Of a stretch of DNA of 64,000 nt, positions 9,474-19,583 are shown piece after piece. The translations under genes and the position numbers were made by a program. Each line of letters starts with the position of its first letter. Within the stretch, counting starts at the first letter, position 1. The DNA comes from Burkholderiales bacterium (GTDB lineage Bacteria; Pseudomonadota; Gammaproteobacteria; Burkholderiales; Burkholderiaceae_C). The notes beneath the pieces were generated by a model, which worked only from the letters and a program-made list of their open reading frames with translations, made no database searches and had not been told where the DNA came from. The stretch is from assembly GCA_038227445.1 (NCBI GenBank), contig JBBRPV010000005.1:584-64583 (forward strand), given 5' to 3'.

Positions 9474-10055
9474 TCACGGCTGCAGCCAGCGCGCGCCGTG
9501 TTCGTCGAACACGGCGCGGCGGTGACCGTCACGGTGCAGTTCGAGCCAGTCGATTGCCAGCACCTGGGCGTTGACGACCGCGAAGTACGCGCGTTCGAGC
9601 GGGGCTGCGACAGGCACTTCGAGTTCGGCCGCGCGCTGGCCCGGTGGTGTGTCAAGCGCCGCGCCGGGCGGTAGGCGGGTCAGGTAGTCTTGTGCGGCCG
9701 GCGTGAGTTTGATGCAGGCCCAGCGCGACGTGGACGAGAGGCCCGTCATCTCCAGCGAAAGCAAGACCCGGCAACGCAACTGCCAGCTCATGGCGCGCGA
9801 CCACATCACCATCGTTGCACGCGGGTGGCGCAGCATTTGAGCGACCTTGCCGGCCCGATCATCGGTGAAGGTCATCAACTGCTTTTGTGCCACGTCGACT
9901 TCGCGCAGGATCACGGTGCGAGCATCGGCTTCGTCTGCGTTCACCGTGGCCAGCACCGGGGTGTGCCACTCGTGGTGTTTGTCGTGCGAGGCGCGTTCGA
10001 GCTGCTGCCAGACCTCGGCTTCGATCTCGGCCAGCGTGGACAGCCGATCGGGCAT
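9474..10055 (-). CDS. Pyridoxamine 5'-phosphate oxidase-like FMN-binding protein
   Basis: PVLATV..ARTVILRE, FTDDRAGKV and QLR motifs; 1 nt downstream of lysS. Confidence 0.8.
   Translation of the reverse strand: MPDRLSTLAEIEAEVWQQLERASHDKHHEWHTPVLATVNADEADARTVILREVDVAQKQLMTFTDDRAGKVAQMLRHPRATMVMWSRAMSWQLRCRVLLSLEMTGLSSTSRWACIKLTPAAQDYLTRLPPGAALDTPPGQRAAELEVPVAAPLERAYFAVVNAQVLAIDWLELHRDGHRRAVFDEHGARWLQP
9492..9518. terminator. Perfect 13-bp inverted repeat; possible terminator hairpin for the convergent plus-strand operon
   Basis: CGCGCCGTGTTCG-T-CGAACACGGCGCG, 18 nt after the enoyl-CoA hydratase stop; no U-tract. Confidence 0.4.
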
Positions 10056-10056
10056 A

Positions 10057-11535
10057 TCAGCTTTCCTTCCTCAGCGAAGGAAACAGGATCACATCGCGAA
10101 TGCTCGGCGAATCGGTGATCAACATCATCAACCGGTCGATGCCGATGCCGCAGCCGCCGGTGGGCGGCATGCCGTATTCGAGCGCGCGGATGAAATCGGC
10201 GTCATAGAACATCGCTTCTTCGTCGCCCGCTTCTTTATTCGACACCTGCGACTGGAAACGCGCGGCCTGATCTTCAGCGTCGTTCAGCTCCGAAAAACCG
10301 TTGGCGTACTCGCGCCCGGTGATGAAGAGCTCGAAGCGTTCGGTGACGCTCGGGTCGCTGTCAGAGGCGCGCGCCAGCGGCGACACTTCAACGGGGTAGT
10401 CGATGATGAAGGTCGGCTCCCAAAGCTTTTCTTCGACCACCGCTTCGAAGAGGCCGAACTGCAACTCGGCCAGTTTCCAATGCGCCAGCGCTGGCTTGTC
10501 GTGGGCCTTGAGGGCGGAGCGCAGCAAGGTTGCGTCGACTGCCTCGGTGGCCGTCAACCCCGCATGGGCGACGAGCGAATCACGCACCGTGAGCCGCGCA
10601 AACGGCCGGGCCAGGTCGACTTCTTTGCCGCCATAGCTGAGCGTGGCCGAGCCGGTCGCCTGGCGCGCTGCGTGGCGCAGCACTGCTTCGGTGAAGTCCA
10701 TCAGATCATGGTGGTTCCAGTAGGCGGCGTAGAACTCCATCATCGTGAATTCTGGGTTGTGCCGAACCGAGATCCCTTCGTTGCGGAAGCTCCGGTTGAT
10801 CTCGAACACACGCTCAAAGCCACCGACGATCAGGCGCTTGAGGTAGAGCTCGGGCGCGATGCGCAGGAACATCTGCTGGTCGAGCGCGTTGTGGTGCGTG
10901 ACGAATGGCCTGGCGTTCGCGCCGCCCGGAATCGGGTGCAGCATGGGCGTTTCCACTTCCATGAAGTGGTGCTCGACCATGAACTGGCGAATCGAGCTCA
11001 GCGCCTTGCTGCGCGCCGCAAAACGCGCGCGCGCGTCGCCATCGGTGATCAGGTCGACATACCGCTGGCGGTACTTCTGCTCCTGGTCGGCCATGCCGTG
11101 AAACTTGTCGGGCAGCGGGCGCAAGCTCTTCGTCAGCAGGCGCAGCACGCTCACACGCACCGAGAGTTCGCCGGTCTTGGTCTTGAAGAGCGTGCCTTCG
11201 GCGCCGACGATGTCGCCCAGGTCCCAGTGTTTGAACGCGGCGTAAGGCTCTTCGCCGAGCGCATCGCGCGTGACGAACAGCTGGATCTGGCCACTGCCGT
11301 CTTGCAGCGTTGCGAAGCTGGCCTTGCCCATCACGCGCTTGAGCATCAGCCGGCCGGCAACAACGACGTGAACACCGAGTGGCTCCAGCTCGTCGTTGGG
11401 CTGGGCGTCGTGTTGGCGCAGCAATTCGGCCGCGTGGTGCTTCGGCTTGAAATCGTTCGGGAAGGCCACGCCTTGTTGGCGAATGAGCGCGAGTTTTTCG
11501 CGGCGCTCGGTGATCAGCTGGTTTTCGTCCGTCAT
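10057..11535 (-). CDS. lysS: Lysine--tRNA ligase (class II)
   Basis: [55 protein letters not shown]. Confidence 0.98.
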   Translation of the reverse strand: MTDENQLITERREKLALIRQQGVAFPNDFKPKHHAAELLRQHDAQPNDELEPLGVHVVVAGRLMLKRVMGKASFATLQDGSGQIQLFVTRDALGEEPYAAFKHWDLGDIVGAEGTLFKTKTGELSVRVSVLRLLTKSLRPLPDKFHGMADQEQKYRQRYVDLITDGDARARFAARSKALSSIRQFMVEHHFMEVETPMLHPIPGGANARPFVTHHNALDQQMFLRIAPELYLKRLIVGGFERVFEINRSFRNEGISVRHNPEFTMMEFYAAYWNHHDLMDFTEAVLRHAARQATGSATLSYGGKEVDLARPFARLTVRDSLVAHAGLTATEAVDATLLRSALKAHDKPALAHWKLAELQFGLFEAVVEEKLWEPTFIIDYPVEVSPLARASDSDPSVTERFELFITGREYANGFSELNDAEDQAARFQSQVSNKEAGDEEAMFYDADFIRALEYGMPPTGGCGIGIDRLMMLITDSPSIRDVILFPSLRKES

Positions 11536-11554
11536 GGGGGGCTCTCGGGTGAGG

Positions 11555-11619
11555 GGGCGATTTTAGGCGCGCGAACCCCGTCGGGCCGACCGTGCCGGCG
11601 CTGGCCCATAAAATCGCCC
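11555..11619. promoter_or_regulatory. Back-to-back promoters of lysS and the wlb-like cluster; identical TAAAATCGCCC on each strand
   Basis: GGGCGATTTTA at 11555-11565 and TAAAATCGCCC at 11609-11619 are exact reverse complements. Confidence 0.6.
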
Positions 11620-11654
11620 GCTGGCCACCCCGGGCCGTTAGATGCCCACCGCCC

Positions 11655-12713
11655 ATGTCCACACCCGCCACCCGCCCCGCGCCAAAGATTCGATTCGCCG
11701 TCGTGGGTTGCGGGCGCATTGCCCAGAACCACTTTGCCGCGCTCAATCAACACAGCGCCCGCGCCGACCTGGTGGCCGTGTGCGACAACCGCCCACAGGC
11801 GCTGACCGAGGCCGTCGGCACAACCGGAGCGCAGGGTTACGCTTCGCTCGACGCGCTGCTCGCCGGCAGCGACCCCGAGGTGGTCGTGCTTGCCACTCCG
11901 AGCGGCCTGCATTCGCGCCAGGCGATCAGGGTGGCGCTCTCAGGCCGCCACGTGCTGAGCGAGAAGCCCATGGCGACCAAGTGGGACGAAGGCGTGGCGA
12001 TGGTGCGCGCCTGCCGCGACGCCGGCGTGAAGCTCTTCATCGTCAAGCAAAACCGCCTTAACGCCACGCTGCAACTCGTGAAGCGCGCGGTCGAGCAGGG
12101 CCGATTCGGGCGCCTGGCGATGGTCAACGTGAACGTCTTCTGGACCCGCCCGCAGGCCTACTACGACGCTGCCCCGTGGCGTGGCCGCTGGGACATGGAC
12201 GGCGGCGCATTCATGAACCAGGCCAGCCACTACGTCGACATGGTTGACTGGCTGGTTGGACCGGTCGACAACGTACACGCCTACACCGCCACGCTGGCGC
12301 GCGACATCGAGGCCGAAGACACCGGTGTCATGAGCCTGCGCTTGCGCAGCGGCGCGCTCGCGTCGGTCAACGTGACGATGCTCACCCACAACAAGAACTT
12401 CGAAGGCAGCATCACGCTGCTGGGCGAGCGCGGCACGGTGCGCGTCGGCGGCGTGGCTGTCAACAAAATCGAGCACTGGGAATTTGACACGCCGCACGAA
12501 GACGACGCCAAGGTGGCGGGCGCGAGCTACGGGGTAGAAAGTGTGTACGGCGCAGGTCACCCGCTGTACTACGACAACGTGATCAACACGCTGCATGGCG
12601 TGGCCAACGCGGCAGTTGACGGTTACGAAGGGCTGCGCTCGCTCGAAGTGCTGATCGCGGCCTACCGTTCGGCGCGTGATGGCGTGCGGGTCGGTTTACC
12701 GCTCGTTTCCTGA
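11655..12713 (+). CDS. wbpB: UDP-GlcNAcA 3-dehydrogenase, WbpB/WlbA family (copy 1)
   Basis: Gfo/Idh/MocA fold: [33 protein letters not shown]; start at 11655 inferred. Confidence 0.88.
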   Translation: MSTPATRPAPKIRFAVVGCGRIAQNHFAALNQHSARADLVAVCDNRPQALTEAVGTTGAQGYASLDALLAGSDPEVVVLATPSGLHSRQAIRVALSGRHVLSEKPMATKWDEGVAMVRACRDAGVKLFIVKQNRLNATLQLVKRAVEQGRFGRLAMVNVNVFWTRPQAYYDAAPWRGRWDMDGGAFMNQASHYVDMVDWLVGPVDNVHAYTATLARDIEAEDTGVMSLRLRSGALASVNVTMLTHNKNFEGSITLLGERGTVRVGGVAVNKIEHWEFDTPHEDDAKVAGASYGVESVYGAGHPLYYDNVINTLHGVANAAVDGYEGLRSLEVLIAAYRSARDGVRVGLPLVS

Positions 12714-12746
12714 CCGCGACCTTCTCAACTTGGACCTTTTCTCAAC

Positions 12747-13328
12747 ATGATCCACTCCTCTGCCATCGTTGACGCGGGCGCCCAGCTCGGCGCCGGCACG
12801 CATGTTTGGCACTTTGCGCACGTGTGCGCTGGCGCGCGCATCGGCGACGGCTGTTCGCTGGGGCAGGGCGTGTTCGTGGCCAATGACGTGCGCATCGGCC
12901 GCAACGTGAAGGTGCAAAACAACGTGTCGGTGTATGACGCAGTCACGCTCGAAGACGACGTCTTCTGCGGCCCGAGCATGGTGTTCACCAACGTGCACAA
13001 CCCTCGTTCGGCCGTGCAGCGCAAAAGCGAATACCGGCCCACGTTGGTCAAGCGCGGCGCCACGCTGGGCGCCAACTGCACGGTGGTGTGCGGCACCACG
13101 ATCGGGTCTTACGCCTTCGTTGGTGCCGGGGCGCTCGTGAGCCGCGACGTGCCCGACTTCGCGCTCGTGGTCGGCGTGCCGGCGCGGCGTATTGGGTGGG
13201 TCAGCCGGCATGGCGAGCGGTTGACGTTCTCGGATGAGCCCAACGGCGAGGCGGTGTGCCCGGCAACGGGTGAGCGTTACCACTTGCGCGCCGGCGTTTG
13301 TTCGATCGCGGGTGAGGGAAAAGCATGA
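12747..13328 (+). CDS. wbpD: UDP-Glc(2NAc3N)A N-acetyltransferase, WbpD/WlbB family (copy 1)
   Basis: Hexapeptide repeats; [27 protein letters not shown]. Confidence 0.9.
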   Translation: MIHSSAIVDAGAQLGAGTHVWHFAHVCAGARIGDGCSLGQGVFVANDVRIGRNVKVQNNVSVYDAVTLEDDVFCGPSMVFTNVHNPRSAVQRKSEYRPTLVKRGATLGANCTVVCGTTIGSYAFVGAGALVSRDVPDFALVVGVPARRIGWVSRHGERLTFSDEPNGEAVCPATGERYHLRAGVCSIAGEGKA

Positions 13329-14443
13329 CCGACAGCGTGGCCAACAAGCTCGACTTCATCGACCTGAAGAGTCAGTACGATGCGCTCAAGGGCTCCATAG
13401 CCGAACGCATGCAACGGGTGCTAGACCACGGCCAGTACATCATGGGCCCCGAGGTCAAGGAGCTCGAAGACCGGCTCGCCGCTCGCACAGGCGCGGCCCA
13501 TTGCATCACTGTGGCCAGCGGCACCGAGGCGCTGCTGGTCTCGCTGATGGCGCTCGGCCTGAAGCCCGGTGACGAAGTCATCACCACACCCTTCACCTTC
13601 GCGGCCACGGCCGAGATGATCGTGCTGCTCGGCGGTGTGCCGGTGTTCACCGACATCGAGCCCGACACCTGCAACATTGACGCCGCGCTGATCGAAGCGA
13701 AGGTCACGCCGCGCACCCGCGCGATCATGCCGGTGAGCCTGTACGGGCAAGTGGCCGACATGCAGGAGATCAACGCCATCGCCGCGCGCCACGGTCTGGC
13801 CGTGATCGAAGACGCGGCGCAGAGTTTCGGCGCCACCTACCAAGGCCAGCACAGCGGCAACCTGAGCACGCTTGGATGCACCAGCTTCTTCCCGAGCAAG
13901 CCACTGGGCTGTTACGGCGACGGCGGAGCTGTCTTCACCAACGACGCAAAGCTGGCGCAGGCCTGCCGCGAGATTCGCGTGCATGGCCAGAGCGCGCGCT
14001 ACACCCACACCCGCCTGGGCGTGGGCGGGCGCATGGACACGCTGCAATGCGCCGTGGTGCTCGCGAAGTTGGAGCGTTTTGATTGGGAGATCGAGCGCCG
14101 CCTCGCGCTTGGCGAGCGGTACCGGCGGCAGCTGGCCGGCGTGCGCGGCCTGCGTTTGCTGACCGTGCGCGGCGACCGCGACTGCGTTTGGGCGCAGTAC
14201 ACGGTCTTCGTCGAGCGCCGAGCCGCGGTGCAGGCGGCGTTGACGGCGCAGGGCATTCCTACCGCGGTTCATTACCCCAAGCCCGTTCACCACCAGCCAG
14301 CCTACGCTGCGCTGTGTTGCCCCGATTGCTGCCCGCAGAGCGTGCTTGCCGGCGAGCAAGTGATGAGCCTGCCGATGAGTGCCGACTTGAGCGAGGCGCA
14401 GCAAGACCGCGTGGTCAGCGCCGTGCTGTCCGCGCTGCAGTGA
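13325..14443 (+). CDS. wbpE: UDP-3-keto-GlcNAcA aminotransferase, WbpE/WlbC family (copy 1)
   Basis: DegT family: [34 protein letters not shown]. Confidence 0.9.
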   Translation: MTDSVANKLDFIDLKSQYDALKGSIAERMQRVLDHGQYIMGPEVKELEDRLAARTGAAHCITVASGTEALLVSLMALGLKPGDEVITTPFTFAATAEMIVLLGGVPVFTDIEPDTCNIDAALIEAKVTPRTRAIMPVSLYGQVADMQEINAIAARHGLAVIEDAAQSFGATYQGQHSGNLSTLGCTSFFPSKPLGCYGDGGAVFTNDAKLAQACREIRVHGQSARYTHTRLGVGGRMDTLQCAVVLAKLERFDWEIERRLALGERYRRQLAGVRGLRLLTVRGDRDCVWAQYTVFVERRAAVQAALTAQGIPTAVHYPKPVHHQPAYAALCCPDCCPQSVLAGEQVMSLPMSADLSEAQQDRVVSAVLSALQ

Positions 14444-15243
14444 TGCCCGCGGAAAAACGCGGCGCTGCGCCCGGCGGTGTCGACTTTTCGGCGCTCTACG
14501 ACGAGCACCCGGAGTACGTGGCGCGTCGCGCCGTTGGTTCGTTCGAGCAGGCGCAGATCGACATCGAGGTGCGCTTGTTCAAGCTGCCGCAGCTGATGCG
14601 CCTGCTGGCGCCGGGGCGCACACTGAACAGCGTGCTTGAGATCGGCTGCGCGACCGGCGAACTGATCAACGCCGTGCCGGTTGCGCGTGGCGGCCACAAG
14701 TGCGGCCTGGACATCTCGGCCGCCAATGTGGCGGCAGCGCGCAACCGATTCCCGCAGGTCGAGTTTCGTTGCGGCGATTTCCGCGGCGCGCCGGGCCAGC
14801 ACTTCGACGCCGTGATCATGAGCGACGTGCTCGAACACGTGCCCGACGACGAAGCCTTTCTTCGCGACGCCGCCGCGCTCGGCGACACCGTGCTCGTCAA
14901 CCTGCCGCTCGAAGACAACTGGCTCAACCGCCGCCGCGTTTACGGCCCCGACGACGTGTCAGGTCACCTGCGGCGTTATTCCTTGGCCGACGGCCTGGCG
15001 CTGTTTGAGCGTGCCGGGCTGGAGGTGACGGCGTTCGCGCAGGTCTGGGTTCATGAAACGGCGGCCGAACCGGCGCGGCGCGCGCTGCGGCGCGAACGAC
15101 AGGGCGCGCAGTACACAGGAGCCTGGCCGCAGCGCGTCATGAAAGCCGCGGTGTTCAAGGCCGCCACCGCCGTGCCCGCCATCGGCCGGCGCCTGTTCGC
15201 GTCGAACCTGTTCGCCGCAGCGCACCAGCGCTCCGCCACTTGA
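14443..15243 (+). CDS. Class I SAM-dependent methyltransferase
   Basis: VLEIGCATG motif I, FDAVIMSDVLEHV; ATG overlaps the wbpE stop. Confidence 0.85.
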   Translation: MPAEKRGAAPGGVDFSALYDEHPEYVARRAVGSFEQAQIDIEVRLFKLPQLMRLLAPGRTLNSVLEIGCATGELINAVPVARGGHKCGLDISAANVAAARNRFPQVEFRCGDFRGAPGQHFDAVIMSDVLEHVPDDEAFLRDAAALGDTVLVNLPLEDNWLNRRRVYGPDDVSGHLRRYSLADGLALFERAGLEVTAFAQVWVHETAAEPARRALRRERQGAQYTGAWPQRVMKAAVFKAATAVPAIGRRLFASNLFAAAHQRSAT

Positions 15244-16439
15244 GCCTGCGCCGGCAACTCGGCGTGTCGCTGCTCGTGCAGGGCGCCGGCTCGGCCTCGC
15301 TGCTGCTGGCCACCCTGTGGCTCGGCGCCCACCTGGGTCCGGAGCAGCAGGGCGCGTTCAGCCGAACCAAGGCTGAGATTGAATTCGTCGCCGCATTCGC
15401 GATGTTCGGCCTGCCACAGGCCTTGTTTTACTTCGTGAAGTCGTCGCGGCTTGGTGGCGGTGCGGCCCTGCGCTGGGCCGCTGGCAGTGCGGCGCTCGCC
15501 GTGCCGATCGCCACACTCTACGGGCTCGTGCAGCACCCGCAGGGCGGGCTGTGGCCCATGGTCGCATTAGCACTCGCCGTTGGACTGGGCGTGTTGCAGG
15601 GGCAACTGCGGGCCCTCTTGCTGGTGGGCCGGCGCACCGAGTGGTTCAACATGGTCACGGCCCTGCCTCAACTTGTGTTGCTGATCGGCGTGCTCGCGCT
15701 GGTGGCGACGGCCTCTGTGAAAGAGCAGAACTGGCCGTGGCTGTTCGCGCTGGCCTTCGCAAGCGCGGCCGGGTTCGCGCTGTGGCGGCTGCACGGCGCC
15801 GCGAGTTCGGCGCCGGCAGCAGCGCAAGTTGGCTGGCGCGAGCTGGGCCAGTACGGCCTGGCCGCGTGGCTTGCGGCCGCGCTGTACGCCGCTGCCATCT
15901 TGCTCGCTCAGCGTTGGGTCGAGCACGCTGCGGGCGCGGTCGTGCTGGGCGTGTTCACCATGGCGCTGACGCTTGGGCAGGTGCCGCTCACACCGGTCAG
16001 TTACGCCGCGCCGTTGTTGTTCAAGCGCTGGATGGAACGGCCCGGCGCGCGGGCCGCGCAGCGCTGGGCGCTGGCGTTGTTCGCTGCGCTGCTCGGTATC
16101 GCGGCGCTGGTGTGGCTCGCTGCGCCGCTGTGGCCGCGCCTGGGTCTGGGCGCCGGCTACGACGGGTTGGCGCGCGCGCTTGCGGTGCTGCTCGTGGGCG
16201 GCGCTGGCGAGGCGGCTTCGCGCGTGCTGGGCGTGAACGCCAACGCGAGCGGTGCGCCGTGGGTCGCGGTGCGCGCCGAAGTGGCGCGCTGGGTTGTGCT
16301 GGGCGGCGGCGTGTGGTTTGTTTCGCCGTCGGGTGTGTTGCCAATGTGCGCCCTGTGGTCGGCGTCTGCGCTCGCTGGCGCCGCCGTGTTTGTGTTTCAT
16401 GCGAGAAGCGCTGCGCCACTCGAAGGTGACGCCGCGTGA
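15240..16439 (+). CDS. Wzx-like oligosaccharide flippase (MOP superfamily)
   Basis: Polytopic hydrophobic protein with LGPEQQGAFS early-loop pattern; glycan-cluster context. Confidence 0.65.
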   Translation: MSLRRQLGVSLLVQGAGSASLLLATLWLGAHLGPEQQGAFSRTKAEIEFVAAFAMFGLPQALFYFVKSSRLGGGAALRWAAGSAALAVPIATLYGLVQHPQGGLWPMVALALAVGLGVLQGQLRALLLVGRRTEWFNMVTALPQLVLLIGVLALVATASVKEQNWPWLFALAFASAAGFALWRLHGAASSAPAAAQVGWRELGQYGLAAWLAAALYAAAILLAQRWVEHAAGAVVLGVFTMALTLGQVPLTPVSYAAPLLFKRWMERPGARAAQRWALALFAALLGIAALVWLAAPLWPRLGLGAGYDGLARALAVLLVGGAGEAASRVLGVNANASGAPWVAVRAEVARWVVLGGGVWFVSPSGVLPMCALWSASALAGAAVFVFHARSAAPLEGDAA

Positions 16440-17539
16440 GGATCGCCCTGCTCGGCCCGGCCAACTCAATCCACCTTCAACGCTGGGCCGCGGCGCTGGT
16501 GGCGCGCGGGCATGCTGTCAGCGTGGTGTCGCAACACAGAGTCGAGCGCGCGTTGCTGCCCGAGCGAGCTGACGTTTGCTGGCTGCCGCGTGCAGGGCAG
16601 CTCGGGTATTTCACCAACGCGTGGGCCTTGCGCCGGCACCTGTCTTCATGGCGACCCGACTTGCTGAATGTGCACTACGCGAGCGGCTACGGCACCACCG
16701 GTGCGCTGGCTGGGTTTCACCCGACGCTGCTCTCGGTGTGGGGCAGCGATGTCTACGACTTCCCTTATGAAAGCGCCATCAAGGGCTGGCTCGTGCGCAC
16801 GGTGTTGCGCCGCGCCACGGCGGTGGCGTCCACCAGCCGCGCCATGGCCGAGCAGGTGCGGCGCTTGACACCCGAGCGGCGCACTGTTGCCGTCACGCCG
16901 TTCGGTGTCGACCTGGCGCGGTTCTCGGCGAAGCCATCGTTACCGAAGCCATCGTTACGCGGCCCGCTCACGCTGGGCATCGTCAAGGCGCTGGCGCCGA
17001 AGTACGGCGTTGACCTGCTGTTGCGCGCCTTCGCCGGCCTGTGCGCCGACGCCGAAGTGCACGCAGCGCATCCTGCCTGCCGGCTGCTGATCGTGGGCGA
17101 CGGGCCGCAGCGCGGGGAGCTGGTGCGGCTGGCCACGCAGCTCGGCATCGGCGAGCGCGCCCAGTTCGTCGGCGCGGTCGCGCACACCGATGTACCGCAC
17201 TGGCTGCACCAGCTTGATATTTACGCCGCGCCCAGCCGGCTCGACAGCGAAAGCTTCGGCGTGGCCGTGATCGAGGCGGGTGCCTGCGGGCTGCCGGTGG
17301 TGGTGAGCGACGTTGGCGGCCTGCCCGAAGTGGTGGTGGCCGGCGAGACCGGCCTCGTCGTGCCGCGCGGCGACGTGCCCGCGTTGCAAGCCGCGCTCAA
17401 GCGCCTCGTGCTCGACGCCGGCTTGCGCAAGAGGCTCGGTGCAGCGGGTCGCGCCCACGTGGAGCGCGAATACGAGTGGGGCCGATGCATCGACCTCATG
17501 GAGCGCTGCCACGCTGAAACGGTCAAGGCTCACACATGA
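16436..17539 (+). CDS. GT4 glycosyltransferase
   Basis: SVWGSDV, LLIVGDGP, SESFGVAVIEAGACGLPVV (EX7E) motif. Confidence 0.92.
   Translation: MRIALLGPANSIHLQRWAAALVARGHAVSVVSQHRVERALLPERADVCWLPRAGQLGYFTNAWALRRHLSSWRPDLLNVHYASGYGTTGALAGFHPTLLSVWGSDVYDFPYESAIKGWLVRTVLRRATAVASTSRAMAEQVRRLTPERRTVAVTPFGVDLARFSAKPSLPKPSLRGPLTLGIVKALAPKYGVDLLLRAFAGLCADAEVHAAHPACRLLIVGDGPQRGELVRLATQLGIGERAQFVGAVAHTDVPHWLHQLDIYAAPSRLDSESFGVAVIEAGACGLPVVVSDVGGLPEVVVAGETGLVVPRGDVPALQAALKRLVLDAGLRKRLGAAGRAHVEREYEWGRCIDLMERCHAETVKAHT
16929..16958 (+). repeat. Perfect 15-bp in-frame tandem duplication (CGAAGCCATCGTTAC x2)
   Basis: Read directly; encodes KPSLP-KPSLR. Confidence 0.9.
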
Positions 17540-18774
17540 ACATTTTGCTCGTCAACCACTACGCCGGATCAAAGCAGCACGGCATGGAATACCGCCCGTA
17601 CTACCTCGCGCGCGAGTGGGTGCGGGCCGGCCACCAGGTGATGATCGTGGCGGCGGCCTACTCGCATGTGCGCAGCACGCAGCCCGACCTGAGCCCACCA
17701 ACGCAGCCACTCGACGAGCGCATCGCCGGCATCAACTACCGGTGGTTGCCGGCGCCGCACTACGTGGGCAACGGCCTCGGTCGGGCGCGCAACATCTGGG
17801 CTTTCTTGAAGCGCTTGTGGCGCGAAGCGCCTGCGCTGGTGCGAGAGTTCCGGCCCAACGTGGTGATTGCCTCCAGCACCTACCCGATGGACATTTGGGG
17901 CGCGCGCCGCTTAGCGCGGCTGGCGTGCGCGAAGCTGGTCTACGAAGTGCACGACCTGTGGCCGGCGTCGCCAATCGAGCTCTCGGGCCTGTCGCCGCGC
18001 CACCCCTTCATCGTGCTGTGCCAGAAGGCTGAGAACGATGCCTACCGCGATGCCGACGTGGTCGTCTCGATGTTGCCAAAGGTCGCCGCGCACATGCAAG
18101 CCCACGGCCTGGACCTGCGCAAGCTGCACATCGTGCCAAACGGCATTTCTCTCGAAGAGTGGCAGGTTGAGCCGCTGCCGCTCGCGCCCGATTTGGCCGC
18201 ACACCTGTTGGCGTTGAAACAAGCTGGCCGAACCATCATTGGCTACGCCGGCTCGCACGGGCTGCCGAATGCGCTCGACGTGCTGCTCGATGCAGCAGCG
18301 CTGGTGCGCGACAACACGGTGTCGTTCGTGCTGATAGGCGGCGGCCACGAAAAGGCGCGACTCCAAGCGCGTGTTCGCAGCGAAGGCTTGGCCCACGTTG
18401 CGCTGTTTGCGCCCATTCCGAAAGCGCAGATACCGGCCTTCCTGCACGAGATCGACATCGCCTACATCGGCTGGCAGCGGGCATCGATCTACCGTTTTGG
18501 AATCGCTCCCAACAAGCTGATGGACTACATGATCGCCGGCTGTGCGGTGCTGCATTCTGTCGAGGCGGGCAACGACCCGGTGGCCGAAGCAAACTGTGGC
18601 CTGACCGTGGCACCCGAGTCGGCGCAGGCCGTGGCCGAGGGCGTGCTCAGCCTCGCGGCCTGCAGCATCGGCGAGCGCCGTGCGATGGGCGAGCGCGGCC
18701 GGGCTTTCGTGCTCGCGCACCACACCTACCCGGTGCTGGCGCAACGGTTCATTGACGCGGTGGAGGCGGCGTGA
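17536..18774 (+). CDS. GT4 glycosyltransferase, WbuB/WlbE-like
   Basis: YEVHDLWPAS, YAGSHGLPNALD, PNKLMDYM motifs. Confidence 0.9.
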   Translation: MNILLVNHYAGSKQHGMEYRPYYLAREWVRAGHQVMIVAAAYSHVRSTQPDLSPPTQPLDERIAGINYRWLPAPHYVGNGLGRARNIWAFLKRLWREAPALVREFRPNVVIASSTYPMDIWGARRLARLACAKLVYEVHDLWPASPIELSGLSPRHPFIVLCQKAENDAYRDADVVVSMLPKVAAHMQAHGLDLRKLHIVPNGISLEEWQVEPLPLAPDLAAHLLALKQAGRTIIGYAGSHGLPNALDVLLDAAALVRDNTVSFVLIGGGHEKARLQARVRSEGLAHVALFAPIPKAQIPAFLHEIDIAYIGWQRASIYRFGIAPNKLMDYMIAGCAVLHSVEAGNDPVAEANCGLTVAPESAQAVAEGVLSLAACSIGERRAMGERGRAFVLAHHTYPVLAQRFIDAVEAA

Positions 18775-19466
18775 CGAACGCGCAGCGCGAACCCGAAGCC
18801 GTGGCCCAGCGCTACGCACGCCGTGCCACGAGTGATCGCTACAGCATGCTTCGACCCGACGTGTGGCAGACCGTGCAAGAGCGCCAGCGCGCGATGCTGC
18901 GTTTGTTTGCGCGGCTGGGCTTCGACGATCTGGCGGCGTTGAGCCTGCTCGAAGTGGGCTGTGGTGGCGGCGGCAATCTGCAAGAGCTGTTGCGGCTCGG
19001 CTTCGCCCCGCAGCACCTGAGCGGCGCCGAACTGCTGGCCGAACGTATCGCGCAGGCGCGTGCGGGGCTGCCGGCCACTGTCGCGCTGTTTGAGGGCGAC
19101 GCCACCCTGCTCGACCTGCCGCCAGCGTCGTTCGACATGGTGTTTGTCTCCACCGTGTTTTCTTCCCTGCTCGACAGCGCCTTTCAGCAGCGCCTGGCCG
19201 ATACGATCTGGCGCTGGGTCAAACCCGGCGGCGGCGTGCTCTGGTACGACTTCACCGTGAACAACCCAAGCAACCCCGATGTGCGCGGCGTGCCGCTCGG
19301 TCGCGTGCGATCAATGTTCCCTCAAGGCCGAGTGCAGGCACAACGCGTCACTCTGGCGCCGCCAATCGCGCGCGCGGTGACCCGTGTGCACCCTGCGCTT
19401 TACGCTCTGTTCAGCACCGTTCCGCTGCTGAGAACGCATGTGCTCGCGTGGATCGCCAAACCCTGA
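18771..19466 (+). CDS. Class I SAM-dependent methyltransferase
   Basis: LLEVGCGGG motif I, FDMVFVSTVFSS, KPGGGVLWYD. Confidence 0.85.
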   Translation: MTNAQREPEAVAQRYARRATSDRYSMLRPDVWQTVQERQRAMLRLFARLGFDDLAALSLLEVGCGGGGNLQELLRLGFAPQHLSGAELLAERIAQARAGLPATVALFEGDATLLDLPPASFDMVFVSTVFSSLLDSAFQQRLADTIWRWVKPGGGVLWYDFTVNNPSNPDVRGVPLGRVRSMFPQGRVQAQRVTLAPPIARAVTRVHPALYALFSTVPLLRTHVLAWIAKP

Positions 19467-19583
19467 CTGCCGGGCTCACTGGCGCGCCTCTCTAAAATGA
19501 GTCGCTTGGTTTCATGCCGGTGTGCCGCCGGAAGCACTTGAGCCGCATCTCTGCGGCAGCCCATCGAGGGAGCGCGCAGGTTC

